A DNA stretch of 64,000 nt from contig OZ271854.1 in assembly GCA_965601925.1 (NCBI GenBank), positions 4,000,001 through 4,064,000 on the forward strand. The letters run 5' to 3'. The DNA comes from Alkalispirochaeta sp. (GTDB lineage: Bacteria; Spirochaetota; Spirochaetia; DSM-27196; Alkalispirochaetaceae). Under the pieces are notes generated by a model. It had not been told where the DNA came from and did not search any database. It worked only from the letters and a program-made list of their open reading frames with translations. Positions within the stretch are counted from its first letter, which is position 1. The number at the start of each line of letters is the position of its first letter. The position numbers and the translations under genes are program-made. Positions 1 to 10,824 of this stretch are shown in pieces.

Positions 1-162
1 CACAAAGTCCGGCGCAGCGTCGCCGGCGTGCTTGGCTCCCTCGACAACGTTTCGCTCTATGATCTCCCGCACGCCGCGGTCGTAGTCCTCGATCATGGAT
101 GGAGACGCTTTCTTGAGAAACGCACTCTTTCGCGCGTCTAAATCACTCTGAAGGCTTTGCAT
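1..162 (-). CDS. Peroxiredoxin-like (AhpC/TSA family) protein, N-terminal part, runs off the window edge
   Basis: Manual translation from ATG at 162: MQSLQSDLDARKSAFLKKASPSMIEDYDRGVREIIERNVVEGAKHAGDAAPDFV. The GDxAPDF motif is typical of the AhpC/TSA N-terminus. Not in the ORF track. Confidence 0.6.
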   Translation of the reverse strand, partial: MQSLQSDLDARKSAFLKKASPSMIEDYDRGVREIIERNVVEGAKHAGDAAPDFV

Positions 163-371
163 AGGTGAAGCGTACGCGTGAAACCGCAGCTTGGTCAATC
201 AATTGTATCTACAATCGCGTATGCGAATGAGGACGTAGCGTTTGTCGGCCATTGTCCGCGCTTATCCTGGGCGAGGGCACGGTCAAGAGCGATCACACCA
301 CCTTGATAGTCCTTGTCGTAGCCCCGAGCGATGCATAGCTTGTATCGGTCGGTATGAAGGGAGTCGGGGCT

Positions 372-1196
372 ATGCAGTTCGACATATCGCGTATGTGGAG
401 GTGGCCCGGCCTGGGGGGTATGCGTCTTCTACGCGCGGTCTATAAGACCCACTCCTTCCGGCCTCACAGCCATGATTACTATGTCATAGGTATTGTGGAT
501 AACGGGGTGCAGCGGTTTGACCACCATCGACGGCACTACACCACCGTTCCCGGAGAACTCATCGTAATCAATCCCGGGGAAGTACACACCGGAGAGTCCG
601 CGGGCAGAACCGGTTTTTCGTATAGAGCTATCTATCCGGAAGTCGCGACGATGCAACGCGTTGCGCAGGACATCAGCGAACGTAACGTACCCGCCCCGGA
701 GTTCCGACGCGCCCACGTGTCCGCTCCAGGGCTCTTCTCATGCATGCAGGCGACGCATCGCGGCCTCGAGGCGATTCAAACTCACGATGCGTTAACCGCC
801 GAAACGGCCGCCTACCAACTACTCGTATATCTCATAGAGAGATTCGCCGACAATCCTCCGCGTCCTCGACCGTTTCGCGACGCACCGACCGCCGTGCGGA
901 TCGCGAGAGACTATCTTGAAACACATTACGCCGACCCCGTGTCGCTACACGACCTATCGCGAGAGTGTGGTCTGAGCCGCTACCATTTGGCGCGTCTTTT
1001 TTCGCGTGCGTTCGAGATGCCGCCGCATCGCTATTTGGAAAACGTGCGCGTGCGACACGCGCAACGCCTTTTAGAGTCGGGTTCTCCGATCGCCGAGGTA
1101 GCCTACGCCACCGGCTTTTCGAGCCAACCGCATCTCAATCGCACGTTTAAGCGATTTATCGGCGTTACTCCCGGGCTATACCGCAAGATGGTATAA
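372..1196 (+). CDS. AraC-family transcriptional regulator with N-terminal cupin ligand-binding domain
   Basis: FRPHSHDYYVIG and INPGEVHTG cupin motifs. C-terminal double HTH (LSRYHLARLF...IAEVAYATGFSSQPHLNRTFKR). Start 372 or 354. Confidence 0.92.
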   Translation: MQFDISRMWRWPGLGGMRLLRAVYKTHSFRPHSHDYYVIGIVDNGVQRFDHHRRHYTTVPGELIVINPGEVHTGESAGRTGFSYRAIYPEVATMQRVAQDISERNVPAPEFRRAHVSAPGLFSCMQATHRGLEAIQTHDALTAETAAYQLLVYLIERFADNPPRPRPFRDAPTAVRIARDYLETHYADPVSLHDLSRECGLSRYHLARLFSRAFEMPPHRYLENVRVRHAQRLLESGSPIAEVAYATGFSSQPHLNRTFKRFIGVTPGLYRKMV

Positions 1197-1250
1197 GACA
1201 ATCCCTGACGCAGAGAGGCATAGTGATCAAAACGATCAGGGAGGTGCCCT

Positions 1251-1661
1251 TTGCAGTTCGATACAAAAATCGCGGTGGTGGTGAGGGACGATTTGGTTCA
1301 ATGGCAAAAACTCAATGTTACGGCGTTTACCGTGAGCGGCATCGCCGGTACGGTGAAGGAAGTTGTCGGCGAGGAGTACATCGACGCCACCGGAAACAGA
1401 TATCTCCCCATGTTGCGCCAACCGGTGATGATATTTGCAGCCGATCGCGAACAAATCGGGAAGGTACACAGCCGCGCGCTGCGACGCGGCGTCCGATGCT
1501 CCGTCTATACGGCGCAGCTATTCAACACCGGCCACGACGTCGAGAACCGCGCGGCCGTGCGTGCAGTAGCGCAGGAGTCGCTGGATCTCGTCGGTATCGC
1601 GTTGTACGGAGACAAGGGTGACGTCGACAAAACGGTGAGAGGTATATCGCTTCACCAGTAG
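1251..1661 (+). CDS. DUF2000 family protein
   Basis: DTKIAVVVRDDL..WQKLNVTAF..SG and DLVGIALYG pattern. TTG start preceded by SD GGGAGG. Confidence 0.75.
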   Translation: MQFDTKIAVVVRDDLVQWQKLNVTAFTVSGIAGTVKEVVGEEYIDATGNRYLPMLRQPVMIFAADREQIGKVHSRALRRGVRCSVYTAQLFNTGHDVENRAAVRAVAQESLDLVGIALYGDKGDVDKTVRGISLHQ

Positions 1662-1703
1662 TAGGTGTTCCCACACTGCGGAGCCGTTGTTCGGCGATCG
1701 CGC

Positions 1704-2615
1704 CTATTCGCTGCCGCGCCGTTCGGCGCGTTGTACGAGATACACTCCCACAAGCACGGCGGCGGCTCCGGCGATGTTTCCCACACCGACGTGCTCGCCC
1801 AGAACGATTGCGCCGATGACGGTGGCGATAATCGGTGAGACAAAGAGCCACGTCGAGGCAAAGAGCGGGCTGACATTGCCGATAAGCCACAAGTACATCG
1901 AGTGGGCGCCGATCGAGCCGAACACGACGAGATATATGAGAGAGCCGAGGGCTGCGCGAGAGACGGGCATGGACGTTTGTCCCGTCGCCACGGCGATACC
2001 CAGGAGGAACAGGCCGCCGAACAACATGTTATATCCGTTGGTTCGGACGCTATCGGGGGCGGTGCGAAACGCGCGGCGATACCACACCGTTCCCAAGCCG
2101 TAGGCCAATTCGGCGACAAATGCGGCAACGGCGCCGGCCAAGGCCATATCGCCGGCTCCACGCGCCGCACCGATAAGAAAGACCGAACCGCCGAGGCCCA
2201 CGGCCAAGCCGACCACGTGTACCACGTTCAGACGCTTCCCGAGAAGCGCGACGGAGAGTGCCGCGACGACGATCGGAGATGCCGCCTGGATCTGGGCGAC
2301 GTGGCCCGAAGCGATATGTTGCGCCGCCCAATAGGTCGCGGCAAAGGTAATGCCGATGATGAGTATTCCGAGGACCATCACGCGCCATACGTACTCAAAG
2401 TTCGGTCCGCCCCCGCGCCGAAATAGGCCGCCGCGCGCCGCCACGAGAATCAGCCCGGCGGTGGTGAAACGGAGTCCGCCGGCCAGAAACGGCGGTACGC
2501 CGGCGTCGGATCCGATCTTGATCGCCAGAAACGTCGTTCCGAAGATGAGGCACATCGTCACGTACACCATCCATGCGCGACGAGATATCGTTATCCTGGT
2601 ATCCTGCACATCCAT
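1704..2615 (-). CDS. EamA/DMT-family transporter
   Basis: About 10 hydrophobic segments, IFGTTFLAIK and PPFLAGGLRF motifs, two EamA repeats. Start probably ATG 2615 (ORF track extends to 2657). Confidence 0.88.
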   Translation of the reverse strand: MDVQDTRITISRRAWMVYVTMCLIFGTTFLAIKIGSDAGVPPFLAGGLRFTTAGLILVAARGGLFRRGGGPNFEYVWRVMVLGILIIGITFAATYWAAQHIASGHVAQIQAASPIVVAALSVALLGKRLNVVHVVGLAVGLGGSVFLIGAARGAGDMALAGAVAAFVAELAYGLGTVWYRRAFRTAPDSVRTNGYNMLFGGLFLLGIAVATGQTSMPVSRAALGSLIYLVVFGSIGAHSMYLWLIGNVSPLFASTWLFVSPIIATVIGAIVLGEHVGVGNIAGAAAVLVGVYLVQRAERRGSE

Positions 2616-2709
2616 GGACGATACGGTACCTCGCCGGGGAGCGGCCGGGACAGACACAGTTCACGCGAAAAAGGACGGTACACCGCCACGCAACGGAGAT
2701 GCGTCGGCC

Positions 2710-3270
2710 ATGACGTGCCAATCGGAATCATCGCGCCGACTGCGCGGACCGACGCGTCGGGAGGTCAGAGCGTATACCGAGACACATGCGTCGCCGCCGC
2801 TCCTCGAGGTGAAACACCGGCCCGATGGAACGACGGATACGGCGTCGTGCATTGAGCTCCAACGCGGATCAGGTGAGATGCTGCTCTACCACGAGCTCGT
2901 ATCGGTATGGAAGGTGGGGTCGATCACGATCGCGCCGCCGATGTTTACCCTCGCGTGGTACCGCCGAGACACGCCGTACAACGCGTATACGTGGTTTGCA
3001 TCCGACGGCGAAGCGGTGGGGTCCTATTTCAATGTGGTTGCGCCGGAAGGCTATACTCTCGTCGACCGAGCGCTTCACTACTACGACCGCCACGTCGATG
3101 TCCTCGTCCTTCCCGACGGGACGGCAACGCTACTCGATCTGGATGAGCTTGCCACGCTCCCCGTGTCGCAGCGGATTTCCGCGCGTGCCGTTGCCGACGA
3201 GATCGTCGCTCGCGCCGACTCGTTTGTGATGCGTATATACGATCGTATCGGCAATCTCTTTTCGGCATGA
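2710..3270 (+). CDS. DUF402 domain protein
   Basis: YN...G.YFNV...YYDRHVDVLVLPDG...LLDLDEL matches the DUF402 pattern. Start uncertain, because the 5' part of the 2350 ORF overlaps the EamA gene. Confidence 0.7.
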   Translation: MTCQSESSRRLRGPTRREVRAYTETHASPPLLEVKHRPDGTTDTASCIELQRGSGEMLLYHELVSVWKVGSITIAPPMFTLAWYRRDTPYNAYTWFASDGEAVGSYFNVVAPEGYTLVDRALHYYDRHVDVLVLPDGTATLLDLDELATLPVSQRISARAVADEIVARADSFVMRIYDRIGNLFSA

Positions 3271-3415
3271 AATCGCACTCACCGTCCTCCGTCATCCGAC
3301 GCTCGTCCTCTTGCGCGTTACGGACGACGAAATCGTCATTCGCCCTGCGTGGTACCGTCGGCGTATTGAGGCGTCGTCGGTATGCTCGCCGTTGAATTAC
3401 TGATAGGCTGCCCCG

Positions 3416-4564
3416 GTGAGTACCGGAGAGACCGAATCGAGCGTGGCGAGTGTCGCGCTCTTTTCCGTAGCAATGTGTATGGTGGGACTCCTGATCGGCG
3501 AGACGGGGGCCGTACTCGAGCGCATTACCGCAGAGCTCGATATCTCGCCGACGCGCCAGGGGATACTGGTCTCGTCGCGTTTCGTGGGCGGCATTCTCGT
3601 CGGCTTTCTGCTATGGCTCGACTCGTCGGCGCTCCGCATTCGCCTCGTGCTCGCCATTTCGGCGGTTGCCGTCGCGTTATCGGGACTCACCCTTCTTCGT
3701 CCGACCTATGGAGGCGCCCTCGTTACCGCGTCGATTCGCGGGTTGGCCGCCGGAGCACTGATACCGCTGTCGGGTGTGTTTGCATCGTCTCAAAAGAGAT
3801 GGCCGACGGGATTCGTCGCTGCGATCGTAAACACGTCCGTGAGCGCCGGTCTGGTCGCCGTGTCACTCGTATCGCTTCATCTCTCAGGAGTTTCCGGTAT
3901 CTCGTGGCGCGCCTACTGGGTCGCGCCGAGTGTCCTGTCCCTCGCGATCGTCGTTGCGCTACCGTTCGTGCGCTTTCCCGGTGCCGGAGACGTCACTCGG
4001 ACGGGGCGACGCAAGACCAACTGGCCGCTCGCTCTGGCCGGCTTTTTGATTATCGGGAGCGAGGCCGTCCTGTTGGGATGGATGCCGGCGCAGTCGGCCG
4101 CCGTAACGGCACACGGGAGACCCGGCGAGTGGTTCGCCCTGTTGGTGATGCTCGGCGTATTTGCGGGGCGCTTGCTCTCGATTTCCGTGTTCAAACGGAT
4201 CCGCGCCTTCCACGTGTTGCTTTTTTCGGCGTGTGCGGTGATAGCCTCCGGCGTCGCATGGATCGTATGGCGAGAAACGGCGTGGCTGACCATCCTCCTC
4301 TCCGGCCTCGCGACCTCGGCGCTCTTTCCGGCGTTGATATCCACGACGACCGAAGTCGATCCCACCGGTGCACCGGCGACGATAACGGCGCTCGGATGGA
4401 CCGGGGCGATCGGAGGCACGGTCGTGCCGATCGCCGCCGGAGTGACGCTATCGGCAGGCGTCCCGATACGTTGGTCTTCGGCCGCCGTCTTTGTGCCGGT
4501 GTTGTGCGCCCTTCCGCTGATCGTGCGCTCCGCCCGGCGCCGTCCGAGAATCCGCGGGAGTTGA
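3416..4564 (+). CDS. MFS transporter
   Basis: About 12 hydrophobic helices in two halves. SALFPALIS and GAIGGTVVP resemble FucP/TsgA-like MFS motifs. Confidence 0.75.
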   Translation: MSTGETESSVASVALFSVAMCMVGLLIGETGAVLERITAELDISPTRQGILVSSRFVGGILVGFLLWLDSSALRIRLVLAISAVAVALSGLTLLRPTYGGALVTASIRGLAAGALIPLSGVFASSQKRWPTGFVAAIVNTSVSAGLVAVSLVSLHLSGVSGISWRAYWVAPSVLSLAIVVALPFVRFPGAGDVTRTGRRKTNWPLALAGFLIIGSEAVLLGWMPAQSAAVTAHGRPGEWFALLVMLGVFAGRLLSISVFKRIRAFHVLLFSACAVIASGVAWIVWRETAWLTILLSGLATSALFPALISTTTEVDPTGAPATITALGWTGAIGGTVVPIAAGVTLSAGVPIRWSSAAVFVPVLCALPLIVRSARRRPRIRGS

Positions 4565-4714
4565 TCCTCAATTCCACACCGAGCAATCGTGGCAAATCGG
4601 TTTTCGCTGCATTAGAGTAAGTGCGAGTACTGCTCGTGCGATCGTTAGGCTGAATGAACTCATACCGTCCCGCAACCAGCGAGTCACTCGATATGTGTGA
4701 TCAGGAGGAACGAT

Positions 4715-6595
4715 ATGAGACTGAAGACAAGGATCTACGGAATCGTTGCCCTCATGTTGCTATTCATAGTCATCGTCGCCGGCGTCAGTATTGGATTCAT
4801 GGAAAGAATCGGGGCGGAGCTCGATGAAATATCTCAGGAAGACATACCACTCACAGAAATCGTTACGCAGATTACCATTCACCTATACGACGCAGCGCGT
4901 CTGTTGGAAAAAGGAGTGCGTTTAGCATATTTCGGTGACTTTCAGGGCATGGAAGAAGTATTTGCCGATGTGCGCCAACTCAACGAGCTGGTTCACGAGG
5001 AGCTGCTCGAGGGCGAGCGCATCGCCGATGAAGCGATAACACTCGCGATCAGCGATCACGCGCGGGAAGAGTTTCGACTCATCAAGACGTCTCTGGAGAC
5101 GATCGAGGCTCATCACACCGAACACTCGCTCCATGTAGACGATCTTGTTCTCGAGGCACAGGAGATCCTACGCTCCCGCTCCTCCGGGGAGACGGAGGCG
5201 GATACCTTAGAACGAATGCGCCTTCTCGAGGCCAACTTCGGTGCCGTCGAGGCCGAAATCGAGTCGCTCGATCTGGAGACGGTGGCACTTCTTTCGGAGA
5301 TCTCGAATTTTACCGCGACGTCCGCACTCCAGGCCGCACACCACGAGCATAGGGCGGAAGTCATCATGATCATCGTGGCATCCTTTGCCTTCCTCGTGGG
5401 CTCCGCGGTGAGCATCGTAACAGTTCGGGGCATTCTCAGGAACTTAGGGGGAGAACCGGCGGTGATAGAGAGCATTGCCAAGCGCGTTTCCGGAGGCAAC
5501 CTCTCCATGAACGCTCTCGATGAAGTCGACGCTTCCTCGGGTATTTTGGGTTCGGTGAAGGTGATGGTTGAGCGCTTGCGGGACATCGTCGTCGGCATTC
5601 GCGGCGCGATGGACGGTTTGAAACATTCCGACAAGGATCTCGGTTCTGCAATCGTGCAAATTGCCGCCGCCGTCGCCGAGATTGAGGCCAATATCGGCAG
5701 TACCTCACGACAGATGGAGACGCAGGCTACCAGCGTGTTGGAGACTACCTCTGCGGTCGAACAGATCGCCAAAAGCATCGATTCACTGAATGGCGCGGTA
5801 GCGATCCAGGCGACGAACATCACCGAATCGAACTCGGCGATCGAGCAACTGGTCGCCAACATCAAAGCGGTGCTGAAACTGTCCGAGGAGGCGAAGGGAC
5901 ACGTCGGTTCGCTGGTATCCAACTCCGCTACGGGGAGAGAGAGCGTCAATCAAATCATCGCGTCGATCCGCGCAATCGCAAGAAATTCGGAGAACCTGAT
6001 GATGGCAAACACGGCCATTGCCGACATATCCAGCCAAACCAACTTATTGGCGATGAACGCGGCCATCGAGGCCGCTCACGCCGGAGAGACCGGAAGGGGG
6101 TTTGCCGTCGTCGCCGCTGAGATCCGCAAACTGTCTCAGTCAGTAGCGGTCCAGTCCAAGACGATCGCCCGAACATTGGAGGGCGAAGTCTCCTCCGTCT
6201 CAGACGTCGTCGAAACCGGCGATTCCACGGAGACGGCATTTGCCGGCATTACCGACTCGGTGAGCTTTGTGGAAGATATGGTGTCCAACCTTGACCACGC
6301 GATTGCGGAGCAGAACGCGGGAAGTGAGGAGATCATCACCGCTCTTGCGGAGGTCAATGAAATCACCTCCGTCGTGAAAAGCAGCACGAATGAGATGAGT
6401 CTGGGAAACACCGAGATTCTCAAGGCGGTCACGAGCTTTCGTGACGTAAACGACCAAGTCGTAGGTGCCGTGAAAGAGATTGCCCAAGGAGCGACGGAGA
6501 TCAACGTCTCCATGAATCACGTCGCCGATATCAGCGTCGAAAACAATCGGCGCGTAGACGAAGTGGTGGACAAGCTGGAGTTCTTTTCGCTCTAA
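4715..6595 (+). CDS. Methyl-accepting chemotaxis protein
   Basis: TM-periplasmic-TM-HAMP layout with signalling hairpin [41 protein letters not shown] precedes ATG 4715. Confidence 0.95.
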   Translation: MRLKTRIYGIVALMLLFIVIVAGVSIGFMERIGAELDEISQEDIPLTEIVTQITIHLYDAARLLEKGVRLAYFGDFQGMEEVFADVRQLNELVHEELLEGERIADEAITLAISDHAREEFRLIKTSLETIEAHHTEHSLHVDDLVLEAQEILRSRSSGETEADTLERMRLLEANFGAVEAEIESLDLETVALLSEISNFTATSALQAAHHEHRAEVIMIIVASFAFLVGSAVSIVTVRGILRNLGGEPAVIESIAKRVSGGNLSMNALDEVDASSGILGSVKVMVERLRDIVVGIRGAMDGLKHSDKDLGSAIVQIAAAVAEIEANIGSTSRQMETQATSVLETTSAVEQIAKSIDSLNGAVAIQATNITESNSAIEQLVANIKAVLKLSEEAKGHVGSLVSNSATGRESVNQIIASIRAIARNSENLMMANTAIADISSQTNLLAMNAAIEAAHAGETGRGFAVVAAEIRKLSQSVAVQSKTIARTLEGEVSSVSDVVETGDSTETAFAGITDSVSFVEDMVSNLDHAIAEQNAGSEEIITALAEVNEITSVVKSSTNEMSLGNTEILKAVTSFRDVNDQVVGAVKEIAQGATEINVSMNHVADISVENNRRVDEVVDKLEFFSL

Positions 6596-7659
6596 ATTCG
6601 GTCTCTGTAGTACTCGACGTTCTCCGCCATCACGACGTGAAGGGGTGTATTGACGATCGACATACGCGGCGGCTCCCCGGAGCGTATCCGGTCAACAAGC
6701 ATTTTGGTTGCAACGTAGCTCTGTCGCGCCATGTCCTGAAAGACGACGGCGGTGATTGCACCGTCGGTGAGATATCGCACCGTCTCGGGATATAGGTCGA
6801 AGCCGACGACGGTAACCGCTCCGGCCAACCCGCGCTGGATGAGAAAATCTCCGATGATGTGCATGTTGCCCGTTACATCATAGATGCCGGTCACGTCGCC
6901 GCGCGTTATCTCCAGATTCAAATAGTGCAGCAGCTCCTCACGCCCTTGAAACTTGTGAGGCGGCGAGAGGGAGAGGTGGTGATGGTCGGCGATCCGCGAG
7001 CGAAAGCCGACCATGCGGTCGGAGATATCGACGGCCATCGAATCCGGCTCGTGGCCGATGAGGGTGAGCAGGCGTCCGGCACCGGACATCTTTCCCAACA
7101 GCTCCGCCGCCAGTCGCCCGCTGCGAATGTAGTCGCATCCTACGTAACACAGGCGATGGCTGGTAGGAAGATCGCGGTTCACCGTTATGACCGGCAATCC
7201 GTCTTCGACCAGATCGTCGATCATCGGCTCCAGCTCGGGATCCCCGGCGGGCATGACGACGTAACCCGCTACCTCTCCCGTTGCCCGTAATTGCTCGATA
7301 GCCTCCGCCTGCGCCTCTTCTCTGTCTCCCTCGGGTGCGTGGAAGGCGACCTCGAGTCGGAGGCCGCCGGCACGGAGGTCGTCGGTAGCTTGTCGAACGC
7401 CCATGCGAATATGGTCGAGATAGTTGGTGGGGAAGCGTTCGATCGGCGGCGTTGAAAAAGCGACAAAGCCGATGTGGACCGTCTCCTCGTCAACCGTGGG
7501 CCGTGTGTCGGTACGATAGCCGTAACGCGCGAGGGCGCTTATGATTCTGTCGCGCGTGGCGACGCGAATACTTCCGCGGTCGTTAATCGCCTTGTAGATC
7601 GTCGAGCGTGACACGTTGAGTTCTCTCGCAATGTCGTGAATCGTCGGTCGCCGGAGCAT
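6592..7659 (-). CDS. LacI-family transcriptional regulator
   Basis: [25 protein letters not shown] plus periplasmic-binding-protein-like sugar domain ([22 protein letters not shown]). Divergent from the sugar ABC operon. Confidence 0.9.
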   Translation of the reverse strand: MLRRPTIHDIARELNVSRSTIYKAINDRGSIRVATRDRIISALARYGYRTDTRPTVDEETVHIGFVAFSTPPIERFPTNYLDHIRMGVRQATDDLRAGGLRLEVAFHAPEGDREEAQAEAIEQLRATGEVAGYVVMPAGDPELEPMIDDLVEDGLPVITVNRDLPTSHRLCYVGCDYIRSGRLAAELLGKMSGAGRLLTLIGHEPDSMAVDISDRMVGFRSRIADHHHLSLSPPHKFQGREELLHYLNLEITRGDVTGIYDVTGNMHIIGDFLIQRGLAGAVTVVGFDLYPETVRYLTDGAITAVVFQDMARQSYVATKMLVDRIRSGEPPRMSIVNTPLHVVMAENVEYYRDRI

Positions 7660-7689
7660 GATTTGTATGCTTCCGTTACGACGTATCCT

Positions 7690-7785
7690 TGTCAAGCTCT
7701 CAGAGGGAAACAAAAAGTTTTTCTTGACAGATAAAAACACCCCTATGAGAATACAATAAGTGTCTCAAGAAAGGTTTTTCCCGAT
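7690..7785. promoter_or_regulatory. Divergent promoter region with candidate LacI-type operator(s)
   Basis: AT-rich intergenic stretch. TTGACA (7724-7729)-17 nt-GAGAAT on +. Imperfect inverted elements AAAAAGTTTTTCTTGA and TCAAGAAAGGTTTTTC. Confidence 0.45.
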
Positions 7786-7803
7786 CTTTGGAGGGTAATC
7801 GGT

Positions 7804-9048
7804 ATGAAAAAAAAACATATTGTGTTATTTGTGTTCGCCTTGTGCGTCGCACCGTTCGTATGGTCGGGCGGCGGATCGGAGAGCGAAGCGGAATCCCCCG
7901 ACGGCGTGACGACGCTCGAGTTGTGGACGTACTTCACGACGGACTGGGACGTCGGTGCGGCGTTTTTCGACGTCGTTGATTCGTATAATGCGTCGCAAGA
8001 CGAAATCTTCGTCGACGTCCAATCGGTACCGTTCGATCAGTTCAAGAATCAACTCACCGTTGCCGCGGCAAGCGGCGCCCTCCCCGATATCGTCCAGTTG
8101 GACAGTACCGATCACGCATCCTTCGCCGCGTTGGGTATCCTCGCCGACGTTACCGAACGTGCCGAGCGCGACCTGCCGCTGGACCAAGTCTATCCCGGAG
8201 CACTGAACAGCGCTCGCTACGACGGGCGCCTGTGGGGCCTTCCGATCGACTCCAATACGATTACCCTCATCTACAATCGGACGATGCTCGCTGAAGCCGG
8301 CTTCACCCGCCCGCCGGACACGTGGGAGGAGCTCCGATCATACGCCGAGGCGATGTCCGGCGGTGGTGTCTACGGTTTCACCAACGCACTGATCCAAAAC
8401 GAGATAAGCACCTTTCAGTTTCTGCCCTTTATCTGGTCGGCCGGCGGCGATATCGATCGTTTGGACAGTCCGGAGACGATCAGCGCTCTCGAGTTTTTGC
8501 GCGGCATGCTCGAAAGTGGGGCCCAGAGTCCCGAGAGCCTCACCTGGGAGCAAGGCAGTACCTTCAACCAGTTCGCCTCGCAACGGGTCGCGATGTACGT
8601 CGAGGGGCCGTGGAGACTCCCGGACCTTAACGAAATCACCGATTTTGGGTGGGCGCTCGCCCCGATGCCGATGAGCAGAGAGCGCGCGTCGGTGTTGGGT
8701 GGTGAAAACATCGCCATAATCGACGGAGACCCCGCCGTTGTGGAGGCGGCGTGGGAGGTAGTACGCTTCTTCTACGAGCCGGAGGTGATGTTGCAGTTCA
8801 ATCGCCGCGCCGGCATGATTCCACCGCGGGCCGACGTCACCGAGGGGAGCGATTACTACATGAACGACGAACACATGCGCGTCTTCGTCGAGATGATGCC
8901 CAGCGCTCGCCCTCGCGGTCCCAGCGCCAACTGGCCTCAGGTGTCGGAGGTGATTCAGGAGCTCATTCAGGCGGTCGGCACCGGGGCAGCGTCGCCGGAA
9001 GACGCAGCCCGGGACGCCGCTGCGGCGATGACGGACGTGCTCCGTTAG
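7804..9048 (+). CDS. Carbohydrate ABC transporter substrate-binding protein
   Basis: Signal peptide ending VWSGGGSE; LPDIVQLD, YDGRLWGLP, LIYNRTML and AMYVEGPW are SBP family 1 motifs. Confidence 0.92.
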   Translation: MKKKHIVLFVFALCVAPFVWSGGGSESEAESPDGVTTLELWTYFTTDWDVGAAFFDVVDSYNASQDEIFVDVQSVPFDQFKNQLTVAAASGALPDIVQLDSTDHASFAALGILADVTERAERDLPLDQVYPGALNSARYDGRLWGLPIDSNTITLIYNRTMLAEAGFTRPPDTWEELRSYAEAMSGGGVYGFTNALIQNEISTFQFLPFIWSAGGDIDRLDSPETISALEFLRGMLESGAQSPESLTWEQGSTFNQFASQRVAMYVEGPWRLPDLNEITDFGWALAPMPMSRERASVLGGENIAIIDGDPAVVEAAWEVVRFFYEPEVMLQFNRRAGMIPPRADVTEGSDYYMNDEHMRVFVEMMPSARPRGPSANWPQVSEVIQELIQAVGTGAASPEDAARDAAAAMTDVLR

Positions 9049-9063
9049 ATTGGGGTAAGGCTT

Positions 9064-10815
9064 GTGATCAACGATATACGAAACGTGCGTAACGGTGTCT
9101 CGGCGCGATGGTGGCACGACGCGGTCTTTTACGAGATCTACGTGCAGAGCTTCTACGACTCGAACGGAGACGGGATCGGCGATCTCTCGGGAGTTACGGC
9201 AAAGCTCGACTATCTACGCGAGTTGGGAGTCGATTGCATCTGGTTGTCGCCGATCATGGCCTCGCCCTTTGCCGACTGCGGATACGACTCGTCGGACCAC
9301 TACGCGATTAACCCCGATTTCGGCACGTTCGACGACTTTTACACGCTCCTGCGCGAGGCGCATCGCCGTGACATGCGCGTCATTCTCGATCTCGTATTGG
9401 GCTATACCTCCGATCAGCATCCGTGGTTCCAATCGGCGCGGCACGATCGCTTTGCTCCGACGCGCGACTTCTACGTATGGGCCAAGGGAGTCGACGGCGG
9501 GCCGCCCAATAACTGGTTCAGTAGCGCCGCCTCGCGCCCCGCATGGCAGTACAACGAGGCGACCGACGATTATTTCTACTACGCCTTTCTGCCGGAGCAG
9601 CCGCATCTGAACTGGACCAATCCGCAGCTCGAAGAGGAGATGGTGCACGTCTTTACCTTCTGGCTCGAGACCGGAATCGACGGGTACCGGCTGGATGCGA
9701 TTAATTACTTGTACGCCGATCGCGAGCTTCGCAACAACCCCAAAGAGGGCTTTCACCAGATTCACGTCGCCGACCGTAACCATCGCAACGTTCATCGAGT
9801 ACTTCGTAGATTGCGCTCCATCGCCGACGGCTACGACGACGTGGTCCTTTTGGGCGAAGTCTTTCCGGGCGATACCACCGAGAGTAAGGAGTACCACGGG
9901 AACGGGGCCGACGAGTTGAACCTGACGTTCAATTTCTCGTTCAGTACGTTGCCGGAGAACACGCGTTGGTACGACGGCGAGAGTGTAAGCGGCAATATCG
10001 ACGTTCCGTCGGGCGCCGACGGCTTTTCGGCGTCCACCTTCCGCCGTTTGCTGACGAACTACGACTTGGTCTACTCCGCCCTCGAGTTGTGGCCCACGGT
10101 GGTCTTGGGGAATCACGACCAACCGAGGATATACAGCATCTACGCCGAGATGTACCCGAACCACCCGGACCGTATTGCCAAGGTGATGGCGACCTATAAC
10201 TTGACGGCCAAAGGTACGCCCTTTCTCTACGCGGGAGAGGAGATCGGTATGGAGAATATGGTATTCTCCGACGTCTCGCAATTCAAAGATCTTTTCGGGG
10301 TGAGCTACTATCACTACCTCATCGACACGGAGGGGCTTTCGGCGGCCGATGCACTCAAGAAATCACAGCGCGTCGCGCGCGATAAGTGCCGGACACCGAT
10401 GCAATGGTCGACGGAGGCGAACGCCGGTTTCAGCACCAACGCCGAGACGTGGCAGCTGGTCAATCCGAACTACCGGACCAAGAACGCTGCCGTCATGGAA
10501 CGTGGAGCGGACTCGATATTGCAGTACTATCGTTCGCTCATCGCAATGCGCCGACAGTTTCCCGTCCTCCGCTACGGCGCGTATCGTTGGATCGCGGCGG
10601 ACTCGATGGACGTCATAGCGTATGAGCGCACCGGTCCCGACGGCGGCGTGGCGGTTCTACTCAATCTTTCCATCCAACCGCAAACGGTCAACCTCGGTTC
10701 CTTCCGCGGCTCCGTCCTGCTATCGAATACGTCGAGGAAAGTCGACGATACGGTCGACGGTACGGTCGATCTGGAGCCGGTAGAGAGCCTCGTTGTCGGC
10801 TATTCGAATCCGTAG
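9064..10815 (+). CDS. GH13 alpha-glucosidase / oligo-1,6-glucosidase-like
   Basis: YEIYVQSFYDSNGDGIGDL, DGYRLDAIN (catalytic Asp), LLGEV (Glu), LGNHDQPR and RDKCRTPMQW. Confidence 0.93.
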   Translation: MINDIRNVRNGVSARWWHDAVFYEIYVQSFYDSNGDGIGDLSGVTAKLDYLRELGVDCIWLSPIMASPFADCGYDSSDHYAINPDFGTFDDFYTLLREAHRRDMRVILDLVLGYTSDQHPWFQSARHDRFAPTRDFYVWAKGVDGGPPNNWFSSAASRPAWQYNEATDDYFYYAFLPEQPHLNWTNPQLEEEMVHVFTFWLETGIDGYRLDAINYLYADRELRNNPKEGFHQIHVADRNHRNVHRVLRRLRSIADGYDDVVLLGEVFPGDTTESKEYHGNGADELNLTFNFSFSTLPENTRWYDGESVSGNIDVPSGADGFSASTFRRLLTNYDLVYSALELWPTVVLGNHDQPRIYSIYAEMYPNHPDRIAKVMATYNLTAKGTPFLYAGEEIGMENMVFSDVSQFKDLFGVSYYHYLIDTEGLSAADALKKSQRVARDKCRTPMQWSTEANAGFSTNAETWQLVNPNYRTKNAAVMERGADSILQYYRSLIAMRRQFPVLRYGAYRWIAADSMDVIAYERTGPDGGVAVLLNLSIQPQTVNLGSFRGSVLLSNTSRKVDDTVDGTVDLEPVESLVVGYSNP

Positions 10816-10824
10816 GAGGCGGGC

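Noticed and set aside
4565..4714. Sigma28 promoter or c-di-GMP riboswitch upstream of the chemoreceptor genes
   Set aside because: Only a poor TAAG-N15-TGCGATCG match was found, and no GEMM core could be assembled.
9214..10314. Long antisense or alternative-frame ORFs (e.g. 9214-10314, 36632-37897, 50424-51653, 35402-36580, 58041-59147)
   Set aside because: These are shadow ORFs opposite well-supported genes, expected in high-GC DNA, and they show no recognisable motifs.
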